Shown: in pieces, positions 22,999 to 35,004 of the stretch
How positions within the stretch are numbered: position 1 is the first letter of the stretch
How the letters are laid out: each line of letters begins with the position of its first letter
Origin: Macrostomum hystrix
Taxonomy: Eukaryota > Animalia > Platyhelminthes
Length of the DNA: 64,000 nt
Assembly (NCBI GenBank): GCA_950097015.1
Contig: CATNEN010000038.1
Location: 14,322,001-14,386,000, forward strand
Direction of reading: 5' to 3'
Made by a program: the position numbers and the translations under genes
Notes under the pieces: model-generated
The model's database searches: none
Told to the model about the DNA's origin: nothing
The model's input: only the letters and a program-made list of their open reading frames with translations

Positions 22999-23189
22999 GA
23001 AATCAGCCCGAATCTTTGGCCATCATCTATGTGTAGGAGCAATATTACTATATTGGTCTTTCGGTTTTATTGGTCGTCACTAGCATTTGCTTGTTGTTCT
23101 CCCCGAATCCGCTTAGCAGTGGAAGCTTGTGTGTCAAAAGTCAACGGATTGTACACTGGCCTAGGCGCATAGAATGTTCTGATAAGGGA

Positions 23190-24650
23190 ATGGGAAAGAA
23201 ATTTCTGGGAAGCAGAGCGAATCAGGTGCGCGCATCCGACCCCCCATTCCCAGTTCAGTGATAAATTCTGCGGATATAACTCTGTGATTCACTTGCTTTA
23301 GCTAGTTCCTTCCGTATTGCACACTAGTTTCCCCCCTGAAACAATCATTGCAGATTTAATAAGCGATTCGCTTTTCTGCTTTACTAAAATTTTCTCCCAA
23401 AGCAAGAAAAATCGATGCGCAGTAAGGCTTGGCGATTTCTGCTTGGCAGCGGCTGCGGCGGCGGCGAATGCAGCGCCGACGAAGATCGACGCCCGCTGTC
23501 CTGTGAGTCGGTTGATTGATTGATTGGATTTTATTATAAAACTCATTGACATAGCATTTCTGAAATCTATCGATTTTTCTTTAAAACAACAGTGCTGAAT
23601 CAGTCTGTTGAATCATTGGACGGCGAGGACAATGCCGCAGCCACTGCCGCTGTTATCTTCACCGCTGAACTGCAGTTGGAAACCGGATTGGAGCAGCACA
23701 GGCAGCAGCAGCAGCAGCAACAGCAGCGACTGCAGCACAACCAGCAAGCGTTGCCACCGCTGGATCGTTGCCACCAATGCCATCTTGGACAGGTAAATTT
23801 TCAGTAGCTAGAAAATTTAAGTCGATTAAGTGGTAGATTGTGGGTTGAGTTTGGGTCGATTTGGTTTTGAGTACTAGGGCTAGAAGGATAGTAGAACGGG
23901 GTTAGATTGATCGTAGAGTCAGTGATATATTGCTGGTTAATTGTGGGTGGGGTAGAGTTCTACCCCAGGGGGTAGAGACTGCGGTAGATAGATAGCTTGT
24001 AATATTTGGGTAGAGTCTAGGATAGTTTGGGGGGTTAGGATGTGGGAGATTGAGGGGTAGAGTGTGGGGTAGATTTGGTGTAAGGTCAGGGGTAGAGTGG
24101 GGGTAGATTGAGGGGTAGACTGGGTATAGGATCAGGGTTAGAGTGAGGGTAGACTGGTGTGAGGTCAGGCGTACAGTTGTGGTAGTGTGTGACGTCGATT
24201 GGGTATAGGGTCAAGGGTAGAGTAGTGGTAGTATGTTAGGGTAGAGTCTTGGGTAGTGTGTTGGGATAGAGGTTTGGTAGATTGTAGGTTGGGTGTGAAG
24301 CAGTTTTCAGAGGTGCATAGCAATTAAAGTATCGAATTAATTGAAAGCTAATTTTTTAAAGCTCTTTCAAAAAATTTCTTCTAGAAGAAGACCATTGCCC
24401 ACCTTTAAGTCCAAAAACCGCTAAGAAAAGTTCCTTATGTACAGGAAAGTCTGCGGCAAAGGAAATTGCGTCGGTCAAACGCAGTTCTTTTCTTATCTAA
24501 TAAAATTATTCTTCTTTTCACTTGCTTGGCCTTGCTCCCACCTGTCATGAACTGTCAGTCTAGTTGCTAGAAAATGTTCTATAGCTCGGTTGCTATCCGG
24601 GTATGCAGTCCAATTATGGACAAATGGTCTAGAACATTTTCTGCACCTGC

Positions 24651-24700
<50 letters not shown>

Positions 24701-27700
24701 TACTGTGGTTGAGCTAAAGTCTCCATTGGAATGCTATCGGCCGTGTTGCACATTATTTTCCTGCAGTCAGCTATAAAAGATGGCCCTAAGCTGGTTATAA
24801 ACTAGCCTAGCAATAAGCAGCTAGGGAATTTTTAGCACGTATCCCTCTATCTCCCAGTTTTGGCCCAGTTAAAAATCCACACAGCAGTCGGTGTAATGTA
24901 CAGAGAGTGCTTCTGACTGATCTAGCCGAACCACTTTCTTAGGCCATTAAAACTAGACAGTATCTGAGCGAAGGTGGTAAAATCTACTTTAGATCTATTC
25001 CGCTAGCGGCAGAATGTATCCTTATTGTGTAATTTTAATTTTATAATGTATTGACGCTGTTTTTTCTAAGGCTAAAGCATAAACTCTGCCTAAGCAGAAG
25101 TTTTAGGCAAAAATATTGAAGGCTTTTAATACTTATCTATCAATAAGCATTGCAAGTATATAATTAGCATATTTCAGATTCTCTGACTGCAGATAGGCAA
25201 ACAAAATATAAGTCTGATTGGTCAGGAAATGAAAGCATCGGAGTTCTCTGATTGGTCAGGAAATAAAAGCATCGGATTTCTCTGATTGGTCAGGAATTTA
25301 AAGCATTGGAGTTCTCTGATTGGCCAGGAACTAAAAGCATTGGAGTTCGCTTATTGGCCACGAACTCAAAGCATCGGAGTTCTCTGATTGGCCAGGAACT
25401 GAAAGCATCGGATTTCTCTGATTGGTCAGAATATATAAAAGCAAATCTACTCTCATTGGTCGAATGGCGGATGAGAGCTAGATTGAATAGAAAGAAACGT
25501 CCAATGAAGTTAGCTTTTTTACGTTTTTTCTCAAATAAACAGAAACTAGAGCAGCAACAGCATCAGCATCAGCCGCTGATTCCTCAGCCAGCGAAGTCAA
25601 CCAAAACGCCGCCAGTCAGCAGCAGCGACCCCGGCGACAGTGCCAACGGGATCGAGCAATGCGGAAGCTCCGGCAGGGACGCAGCAGCAACAGCGGGCTT
25701 CAATCTAAGGCGGCACACAGACGGCATCGAAACACCAGAACGCCGGTGGCACCGACCGCTTCGTCTGCAAGTGCGGCAGAATGGTCTGTAACGCTGTACG
25801 ACTTCGACGGCCGTGGCTGCATTACTAAACAGGTGGGTTGGATCCAAACATTGGCTTCGGGTTAAAAATTTTCTGTAGTTTATATTTCGACTAAACAGTT
25901 TCTGTCGTTGACTGGCTTTCAATAAAACGCTTTCTGTAGTTAATTTGCTTTGAATTAAACAGTTTCTGTAGTTTATTGGCTTTGGATTAAACAGTTTCTG
26001 TAGTTTATTGGCTTTGGATTAAACAGTTTCTGTAGTTTATTGGCTTTGGATTAAACAGTTTCTGTAGTTTATTGGCTTTGGATTAAACAGTTTCTGTAGT
26101 TTATTGGCTTTGGATTAAACAGTTTCTGTAGTTTATTGGCTTTGGATTAAACAGTTTTTGTAGTTTATTGGCTTTGGATTAAACAGTTTCTGTGGTTTAT
26201 TGGCTTTGGATTAAACAGTTTCTGTAGTTTATTGGCTTTGGATTAAACAGTTTCTGTAGTTTATTGGCTTTGGATTAAACAGTTTCTGTAGTTTATTGGC
26301 TTTGGATTAAACAGTTTCTGTATTTTATTGGCTTTGGATTAAACAGTTTCTGTAGTTTATTGGCTTTGGATTAAACAGTTTCTGTAGTTTATTGGATTTG
26401 GAAGAAACAGTTTCTGTGGTTTATTGGCTTTGGAAGAAACAGTTTCTGTAGTTTATTGGCTTTGGATTAAACAGTTTCTGTGGTTTATTGGCTTTGGATT
26501 AAACAGTTTCTGTAGTTTATTGGCTTTGGATTAAACAGTTTCTGTATTTTATTGGCTTTGGATTAAACAGTTTCTGTAGTTTATTGGATTTGGATTAAAC
26601 AGTTCAACAGTTTCTGTGGTTAATTTGCTTTGAACTAAACAGTTTCTGTAGTTTATTGGCTTTGGATTAAACAGTTTCTATAGTTTATTGGCTTTGGATT
26701 AAACAGTTAAACAGTTTCTGTAGTTTATTGGCTTTGGATTAAACAGTTTAACAGTTTCTGCCGTTTTTTTAGCTACGTGTGAAACACTTTTTGTAGCTTA
26801 TACTCGTAATTTTTTTATTTATCAAGGTTCTGTAGTTAAAGTGTTCTTTAAAAAAGTTGTGATTTAATTTTTTATATATTAATCGGCTTTGAGTAGACCT
26901 GTACCTCTAGTTAATAAGTAAATTTAATTTCAGATCGACATGAAGTTTGAACTTTGCAGTTTATTGGTTGGTTCTGCGGTTCTGACAGCTATAAGTTCTC
27001 ACTATAATAGCTGGAGATTCTCGGGGGAAGTAGCCTAGTGGTTTTAGCGTTAGACTCACGATTTGAAGGTCGGTGGTTCGATTCCCGACTCCACTGAAAT
27101 GCTAATTGAGGGTGGGTGTGGCGTACACCCCAGTCCATGGACTGAACAGCCGTACGCAGAAATGGCTAATTGGCCCAATTGGGGCAGGTGTAATTAATTA
27201 TTATTAATATTATTATATGTCACTGCAACATGACATCTTGAAGGATCTGGCAGCACTGACGCGCTCCTTGTCTGAGGTCCTGCAACGCGGCATTACCGAC
27301 GGTGCAACCACCAGCTGCGGCGGCGGCGGCGTCGGCAGCTTCAGCGGAGCAGGCGGAAAGATTCCTCCGAAAAGCCTCAGCTTGCGCCTGACATTCGTGC
27401 CAGCTCCGGGCAGCCAGAGGGAGCCGCAGGAGCCGAAGCAGCGGGTGATCAGCCTGCCAGTGCCGCCTGCTGCCGCCGTAGGCCCGCTGCCGAAGCGTCG
27501 ACGCCATCGGAGTCACAGTCGGCGGCTGCGGCGTCACCGTCCTTGTCAGCAGGAGCTGCTCCAGCATCACAGTCAGCTTCGTCAGCAGTCGGATACAGAA
27601 CCGCGTTGCACTCGCAGTGCCTCTAGCGACGCTGCAGCTCCTGCAGTCGTGTCTTCTCATCGACGCCGCGTCCGCGTCGATGCTGACGATGCTTTCGTCG

Positions 27701-28083
27701 ATGACTCAGTCGATCTGGCGTCTATCACTGTTGAACCGCCTGCTCGGCGGCGGCAGTCGCAGGCCGAGCGCTGTCGACTGTGGAAGCAGCACCGACGTCA
27801 GCACCGTCGAGCTGGACGTCCTCGCCAACAGCAGGACGCTGGCTGGCGTCGCCTGCTGCCGTCGACTTCTTCGATATCCGACGATCGGGCTGACTATCCC
27901 GAAGGAGTCGCAGTGGCCGCTGAGGCAGCTGCTGAGTCAGGTGACGTCATTCCTGCCGACGCAGTGATGCCGCTGCCGTTGCCGTCATCCTCGGCTGCTT
28001 CCGCCGCCGACGCGGGCTATCATTGTGCCGTAATGTCGCAGGCAGCATTGAACAGACGTCATCGACATAATCAACAGCTACAT

Positions 28084-28127
<44 letters not shown>

Positions 28128-28335
28128 GCAGCTTCTTCAAAATTTGGAACGACATCGCTGGCGACGTCTTGATGCTATGCAACTCGTCGCCGAATGGCTG
28201 CAACGGGAGCCTCTGATGCAGCTTCAGCAACAGCAGCAGCAGCAGCAGCCGCAGCAGCAGCAACCCTGCCTTCCTAGCCTAGTGCTGCATCAGCACAAGC
28301 ATCATCATCATTATCATTATCATTTCTATGAGTGA
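23190..28335 (+). CDS. nkd: Naked cuticle homolog (Wnt/Dishevelled antagonist). Exons about 23190-23225, 23403-23502, 23593-23792, 25543-25832, 27244-28335
   Basis: EFX motif EWSVTLYDFDGRGCITKQ|DLAALTRSLSEVL...KSLSLRLTF (cf. NKD EWTFTLYDFDNNGKVTREDI...LRVKLTV), C-terminal HQHKHHHHYHYHFYE, N-terminal MGK. The last two exons join in phase; the exon 3 to exon 4 phase is unresolved. Confidence 0.88.
23850..24300. repeat. Degenerate G-rich (GGGGTAGAG-like) low-complexity tract in nkd intron
   Basis: Repeated GGGTAGA/GGTAG words. Confidence 0.7.
24658..24700. repeat. (CAG)n microsatellite, about 14 units
   Basis: Directly visible. Confidence 0.95.
25213..25432. repeat. 33-34-bp tandem repeat (CTGATTGGTCAGGAA..AAAGCATCGGAGTTCT), about 7 copies
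   Basis: Direct periodicity; each unit contains ATTGG (reverse CCAAT). Confidence 0.85.
25890..26760. repeat. 32-bp intronic minisatellite (TTAAACAGTTTCTGTAGTTTATTGGCTTTGGA), about 26 copies
   Basis: Direct periodicity inside the last nkd intron. Confidence 0.96.
27023..27212 (+). mobile_element. tRNA-derived SINE family B, internally deleted copy
   Basis: A box GTAGCCTAGTGG, B box GGTTCGATTCCC, shared 3' block, (TTA)n tail. Confidence 0.85.
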
Positions 28336-28574
28336 ATACGCTTTCTAGTACGCAATTGGCCCTTGTAAATCTTCTAATTTAACTATTCAACCGTATCACT
28401 GGAATCGAACTCAGGACCTGTGAAAGTAAATAGATACTTTAGCTGGCGTGTTTAAATCTCATCGAAAGCTCGATTTTTGCCTTGACCTCAACATTGTCCT
28501 AATCATAGTGTACAGAAGCCGCTCTATTTTGTCATTTTTTAATATCTGTTTTGTTTTGTTTTTTTCTTGCACCC

Positions 28575-28926
28575 AATAATAATAATAATAATTGCAGGAG
28601 GGCTTCAGGCAATGGCACATCATTTGATGACACTAGACCTGTAGCCAGCGAGGATTCTGTCCATTTCGCTGACTCCTTGAGCACACACTCACACCGATAC
28701 TGTAAAGTAGTCACGCGCTCACACAGGTGTGTACATCTGCCCTGACTTTCTCATCGTCAGGCGGTGTGTACTTTTACTGTGCCTTGGAGGTTGGCCCTCA
28801 AGGGCGTAAATTGCCCGACAAGCCCCCAAGCCTTCTCTCCGCGGCTGCGCCCCAAACGAATGTGGCCTCACCGCGGAATCGAGCTCAGGGACCTTGGTGC
28901 GAGAGGCAAACGCGTTAACCGCTCTC
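28575..28926 (-). mobile_element. SINE family A copy
   Basis: Matches 11163-11524; (TAA)n at 28575-28592. Confidence 0.9.
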
Positions 28927-29634
28927 TTACTTACCCCATTGGCACCTCATGCTTCTACTAGTATTTAGGCTTAATGGACGCATTATTAGGTTCTTTGTGT
29001 TAGCAATTATTAGCTATTTTTCGTGACCTCAATCGTCAAAGTTTTTAGTCGTGCAAATTTTATTTATATTGCAAATGCGATTTTTTACATTGTCACAAAA
29101 CATTTATGGACTTATGAATATTCTGCTCGCAAAATTTAATGGCCTAGAAAATGTAGCGTCCTCCAAAATGACCTCAAACATTTTCGTTGTACATAACGGT
29201 CTCCGCGTACTAAAAGGTTTTGTATTTTAAATTGTGGTCTTTATTCTTATGCACCAAGTTGTTAGTCTTGATACTTCTCTATAGTCTTAGTGCCTATATA
29301 CGCTCTTGAGTATATTTTACGTACTACTATTTGCTAAGTAGTATATTGTGTAATGCACAAGCTTTTACGCATGCAAATACACACAGGCATAAATGAAAAT
29401 TGTAACACGGACCTCATCAATACTTAAATAAACAAGTTTTTTTTATTTGTTCATTTAGACTAATAGTCTTCTTGTGTTCATGATATCCCCATGTATCTCC
29501 TTAGTGTCGAGTAGCTTTAGCGTGCAAAAATACAGTTAGCTATCTTGTGGTCTCAATGCGGATACGAACTCGGGAGCATCGATGCCCTTTTTGACAACTC
29601 AAAATCTTATATAACGAATCAACACACTCCTGTA

Positions 29635-29935
29635 AAAACTCAAAAACGTCTGTAACGCTTCTATGACGACTCAAATGTTTCTTTAAAGACTCAAATAATT
29701 CTGTAACGACTCAAACACTTCTGCAACGGTTGAGACACTTCTATAACGACCTAAACGCTTCCCTAATGACTCAAACTCTTCTCAAACGCTTCAGTAAGGA
29801 CTCAAACGCTTCAGTAAGGACTCAAACGCTTCAGTAAGGACTCAAACGCTTCAGTAAGGACTCAAACGCTTCTGTAAGGACTCAAACGCTTCAGTAAGGA
29901 CTCAAACGCTTCAGTAAGGACTCAGAAGCTTTACT
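29635..29935. repeat. 20-bp minisatellite (CTCAAACGCTTCAGTAAGGA) just upstream of ferroportin
   Basis: About 7 near-perfect copies at 29781-29925, with degenerate copies to the left. Confidence 0.9.
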
Positions 29936-30025
29936 AATGATTTAAATATTTCGATTTTACAAACCGGTATAGTTTTTATCAGGAAACTTTGTTCTAAATT
30001 GTGAACTAAACTTTTTAGGCAAGGA

Positions 30026-32209
30026 ATGGAGTGACTTATTTGAGCTAAGATTCGAACTTCAGACCTCTCCCATTTTTGCAGCCGAACGCCGGCAGTTGCG
30101 GCTGCGGCGGCAATCCCCGCCGTCAGCTCTACGCGCTATTCTGCCTGTCCTCATGGGGCGATCGCATGTGGTCATTCGCTGTGGGCGTGTACCTGGTGCA
30201 GATCTCGCCAGAGTCGCTGTCTCTAACGGCAGCCTATGGTCTCTCATGCAGCCTGGCGGTGTTCACCCTCGGCTCGGCCATTGGCAACCTGATCGATCGG
30301 TCGCCAAGATTGCGCGCGGCCCGGGCCAGCCTAGTGATTCAGAATGGCTTAGTCAGTGTTTGCGCAGTGATTGTCTGCCTAATTCTATCTGGCCAGGTCA
30401 GCGCACAGAGCGGTGCCTCAGTGTTTGATCTAACCAAGGCTATGGTTGTCATCACAGCACTTGGCGCCCAGCTGGCTAGCGTTGCATCAAAGATCTGCGT
30501 CTCCAAGGACTGGATAGTTGCCATCTGTGGCTCGGATACAGATTTGTTAGCGACTGCCACTGCTCACCTGCGTCGGGTTGACCTGTCATGCCAGGTGCTG
30601 GCTCCTCTCCTGTTCGGATTGGTGACCACCTTTGTGTCTCCTTTCGCGTCTGCCATCACCGTGGCCTGCTGGAATCTTGTCTCCATGGGTGTCGAATGGA
30701 CCCTGCTGGGTAGAATCTATTACTCGGTGCCTCGATTGGCTGAGAAAGAGGACAAAAAACTAGAAGCGCCAGTTGCGGATCCTGAGTCTCCCCTGATTGG
30801 CGCCGATCAAGCACCGTCGATTGAGAAGCCTCCCGCTGAACATGTGGCAGCAGCTGCTACGGCAGACACAGAGAATCACACACAGGCGATCTCTTCCATG
30901 TCGACTGTTGAGCCGGCTGCTGTTGTGATGCCTTCGTCTGTTGGAAATCGCTTTGTACGCCAAATACGCGACCAAGTTGACGGCTGGCGTCTGTACTTTC
31001 GTCAGCCGGTATTCCTGGCCGGCCTGGCCCTGTCCAGCCTCTACTTGACAGTCTTGGGCTTCGACAATGTCACCACTGGCTATGTGTACTCGCAGACTGT
31101 GCCAGCAGCCGTGCTGTCAGCCAGCCTGGCGGTGTCCGCGGTGTTCGGCCTGCTAGGCACGGTCCTGTTCCCGGCACTGCGATCTCGTTTCGGCCTGTTG
31201 ACCGCCGGCCAGACAGGCTTCATCCTGGAGGCCCTGTGCCTGCTGCCATGCGTTATTTCTGTCTTTGCCCCCGGCAGCCCGTTCAATATGTCCGCCGCGC
31301 CGCCGCAGTTGAACCTGACCGCGGCGCCGAGCGCCAAGTTTAGCGAGCTGATGCTGTTTAGCTTCGAGGCTGGAGGCACAGTTAACAGCGATAGCGATAA
31401 CAGCACTGGCGGCGGCGGCGGCTTAGTCCGACCAGAGTCCTACGCGTCCGTGTCCCTCCTGCTAGCCGGCATTGTCATATCCCGCACTGGTCTGTGGCTG
31501 GCCGATCTCAGCGTCAGTCAACTATTCCTGGAAACTGTACCGGAACGTGAGCGCGGCCGTGTCTACGGCGTTCAAGAGAGTCTGAATCAGCTGCTGGATC
31601 TGGCCAAGTTCGCCCTGGTTGCCGCGCTACCATTGGTCACACAATTCGGTTTGCTGGTCTGCATCTCCTATGCGGCCATCTGTGCCGGCGGCTGCCTCCA
31701 TCTGGCCCAGGTCAGTTTCGCCATTGTAGTCAGGCATCCGAACTTGGCAGCCCCATAAAACCCGCTATCCAATGGAACCCACTAACCAACGGAACCCACC
31801 CCCCCAGAATTCAGAACCCCAAAGAACCTACCACCCCAAAGAACCCACCACCCCAAAGAACCCACCACCCCAAAGAACCCACCACCCCAAAGAACCCACC
31901 ACCCCAAAGAACCCACCACCCCAAAGAACCCACCACCCCACGGAATCCTTCACCCTATAGAATACACCATCCCTTAAGCCACCATAGTACACGTCTGTCA
32001 CAAACTCACAAACTCCATCTAAATTTCCGCAGGTGTTTCGCAACCGTAGCGGCGGCGGAGACGGCTCGGGTTCGGGCCTAGCCGAACGGTTGTTAAGGTC
32101 CTGCTGTCCGACTTCGCCGTTGCCAATGACGCCGCCGCTGCAGTCGCCAATGTACCTGGACTCGATTCCTGTGGATAACGACATTAGAAATTCGATTGAG
32201 CTTAGCTGA
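30026..32209 (+). CDS. SLC40A1: Ferroportin (SLC40A1/FPN family). Exons about 30026-30030 (tentative), 30063-31710, 32033-32209
   Basis: LSSWGDRMWSFAVGVYL, VSKDWIVAI, LRRVDL, LYLTVLGFD, SRTGLWLADLSVSQL, ERGRVYGVQESLN match ferroportin. Donor CAG|GTCAGT at 31710 and acceptor CGCAG| at 32032 join in phase to TGA 32207-32209. Confidence 0.95.
31790..31940. repeat. 17-bp intronic repeat (AAAGAACCCACCACCCC)
   Basis: Direct periodicity within the ferroportin intron. Confidence 0.9.
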
Positions 32210-32254
32210 ACAAATGCTATGGCATGCCTACAATAGTGCTCGCCTCAATTAACA

Positions 32255-32912
32255 GAATTACAAAGGGGGGAATTTCCCCTGACAATTTTTTTCCTTTACC
32301 CGTGCAGCAATGCAAGCACAGGAAACTCAAGATCACGGGCCAACTTTTTGTTGCGCATCTTCTGAAATAATAATCAAATCGCCAGCCCTTTAGACCGTCG
32401 AGATATTCAACGGTTCAGGCCGAAGATCCGATTTTTCGGCTGAAGTGGTCAGTGGTCACCGACCTTTACCTAGACGGTATGGACTTTAGGGACTCCATAC
32501 CCAGCTGGAGGCACCCTGCTGACGGTGCTTTCGGCGTCGCGGTGGTGACAGATTAGTTGACAGACTAGGCGAGGGTCCTGTACTTGCTCAGTTGTTGTGG
32601 TTGTGCTTCGTCCAATATCGAGGCTTGATCAGCGAATAGCAAGTAGAAATTTGCATCAGGGTGTCCATATTCGGCTGCTGCCACTTGTTGAAGTCCAGCA
32701 GCTCCGTCTAGATAAAGGTGCGTGACACCGAAGTCGGAGATGATGCAGGCACATTCGGGTGACGTGCTGATAAATTTGTAAGGCCTGGCAAGGCCGCACT
32801 GAGGCACAGTGCTAATTCGTGTATAAGGGGTATGAAAAACATTAGCTCTTAAATAATTGTCAGGAAATCCCCTTGGTATGAAAACGGGCGGCAAAATGGC
32901 TTGGTAGTCCTA
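32255..32912. mobile_element. Unclassified dispersed non-coding element, copy 2
   Basis: Homologous to 20985-21560: termini in opposite orientation, core in the same orientation. Confidence 0.7.
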
Positions 32913-34248
32913 CTGTAAAAATGAAAGTGTCGCGAGAATGGCGTGTGTTTAACTGCCTACTGTAAGTATGTTTAATTAATTGTCCTAAACTGCCATTCTC
33001 ACGAATTTATTTCTTTATTATTAAATTCGCTTGAGAGTTATTTTAATCTTGCAGACAAATATTTTTGCGAAAAGTTATTTACAGAAAATTCAGGTCCGAA
33101 ATTTGTTCGATTTTTTCCATTTTTTGTTTTTGATTCGCTATATTTATTTGCTCCACAGTCTTTGTATACTCATAAAATAACGGTACCAGGTATTTTCATT
33201 TGTCTTTTAGTCATTTAAGTTTTACATTGAAAGCCTTTTTGATCAAATATTTGTGTTTTTAAGATCAACAACTTCTTAATTAACGCAAGGTGTGGTTTTT
33301 GCTTTTTTTCTGTCTTTAATTCGAGTGTTGTGTGCTGCACTCTAGCTGTTTCACGATTTATTGACTCAGTGCAAAAAAATGCTGCATTGTTAGTTTGATT
33401 ATTTTCATTCCTAATCCCTCCATTATTTTGATTATTTATGCATGTACAATGTGTTATAATTAAGTCTGGTATCTGCACAGCCATAGCCAAGCTCAAGTAT
33501 CCAATTTATAACAAAAAGCATGAGCTGGTCTTTTGAGTTAGGCGCTTTTGAGCGTGAACGCTCGAGTGAATGGACGCTTGTGGTCAAAAGATCAAAACAA
33601 TCTGTATTATATTCAGGCCAAAGAAATCTTACATTCTTGTTAATTGACTGTATTATTTTATAACTAATGCGTAGTAACATGTGTAGCACATGGTGCCAAT
33701 GCAAGTCGCATTGAATTTTATTGTCGCATCTTGAGGGACCACGCACTGCAAAAGAGATAAAATAAAGAGACTGCTTAATTATTGTATTTTTGCCGCTTTG
33801 CGATGCGATATGTACTTATATTTAACTTATAATCATGCAAGTTTCAAGTCAGTTTTAACAATGTTTTTATATTGCGGAACGGCATTATTCAGTCTTATCA
33901 TGCCGGCTTTTAGTTAGTATTGATTGAATAGTACCTGTGGCTTGGTAGCCAAAGTTAATTTTTTGAAAATAAGACTGATAAGAGATAGTGAGATATAATT
34001 AAATTGGTATCGAGTCATATAAATTAACGAAAATGGTGACTTCACAAATGACAAATGTACGATTGATTTTGGTAATCCCAGTTGAAATTCTCAAGCGTCA
34101 TTAATTACAAGCTCGTTTTGACACAAAATAGCGGAGAGAATACGATGACTAAGACACGTTGGTGCTGGTGCAGTCCTTGTCATTTTTTGTTTTATTGGAT
34201 CGTTCAAAAAGTATGATTTTCAAAGAACTAGTTTCATGGCTTCATGGC

Positions 34249-35004
34249 GGTTAGAGTTTGGTTGACGGTAATTTCGTCTGCCGCCTTTTCGTCTGCCGCC
34301 TTTTCGTCTGCCAATATACGATATAGTCGTTTCGTCTGCCAATATATATAATATATAAATCGGAATAACTTATTATGTCATCAAGCTTCGCATGGAAGAA
34401 CGTAAATGTCTTGTTAATTATAATTTATTATAATGCTAGGATTTTTCTGAAAGTTCCGGAGCTAATATGTTGCATATAAATACACAAAGCCAGAAGCAAA
34501 TATCTCCAACCGTTTAGTTTCCTTCCAACTTTCTTTTTTTCGTGTATGTAAACTCATATGCAATTTATTCACGAATACAAGTAGCTTAAAAGCACAAAGT
34601 GTAAAATGTTGCCAAAAGGTGCCATCGAGGAACCATCGAGTGCAGCTTGACAGAGCCCTGAGCTGCTCATGGCTGGCGACCACAATGTGCCGCTTGCCTG
34701 TGCGAGCAACTGGCACATCGGCGTGTAGAAAAGGTTGTGGGATATCCTCTCCATTGAGATCGAAATCCAGTGTTTGTGGGTGGCGACGCCGGTCCTTAGT
34801 TAGGTTTCGTAGAAAATGAAGAAAAACAAAATGTATCAATATAAATAAGAAAACATACTTAAAACTTGCTTATACTAATTTATTTTAATTCCCTACATAA
34901 AAATACTAAATAAGTAAACCAAAATAAACATAAATAAAAAAGTCGTTTCGTCTGCTAAAATTCTTTGGCAGACGAAAAGGCGGCAGACGAAATCACCGCG
35001 GACC
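34249..35004 (-). mobile_element. Internally deleted Mutator-like (MULE) DNA transposon
   Basis: TIRs CGGTAATTTCGTCTGCCGCCTTTTCGTCTGCC / GGCAGACGAAAAGGCGGCAGACGAAATCACCG; flanking direct repeat TTCATGGC at 34241-34248 and 35005-35012; transposase fragment RHIVVASHEQLRALSSCTRWFLDGTF (first catalytic Asp). Confidence 0.85.

Noticed and set aside
27023-27095. Possible tRNA gene
   Set aside because: It has A/B boxes but continues into a body and tail shared with three other dispersed copies, so it is a SINE head.
29900-30080. Iron-responsive element upstream of ferroportin
   Set aside because: No CAGUGN-loop hairpin with a bulged C is visible.
16268-32209. Idea that the Cys-rich peptide is a hepcidin-like partner of the nearby ferroportin
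   Set aside because: Only 4 Cys with a different spacing from hepcidin's 8, the ferroportin lacks the C326 equivalent, and the genes are 14 kb apart with nkd in between.
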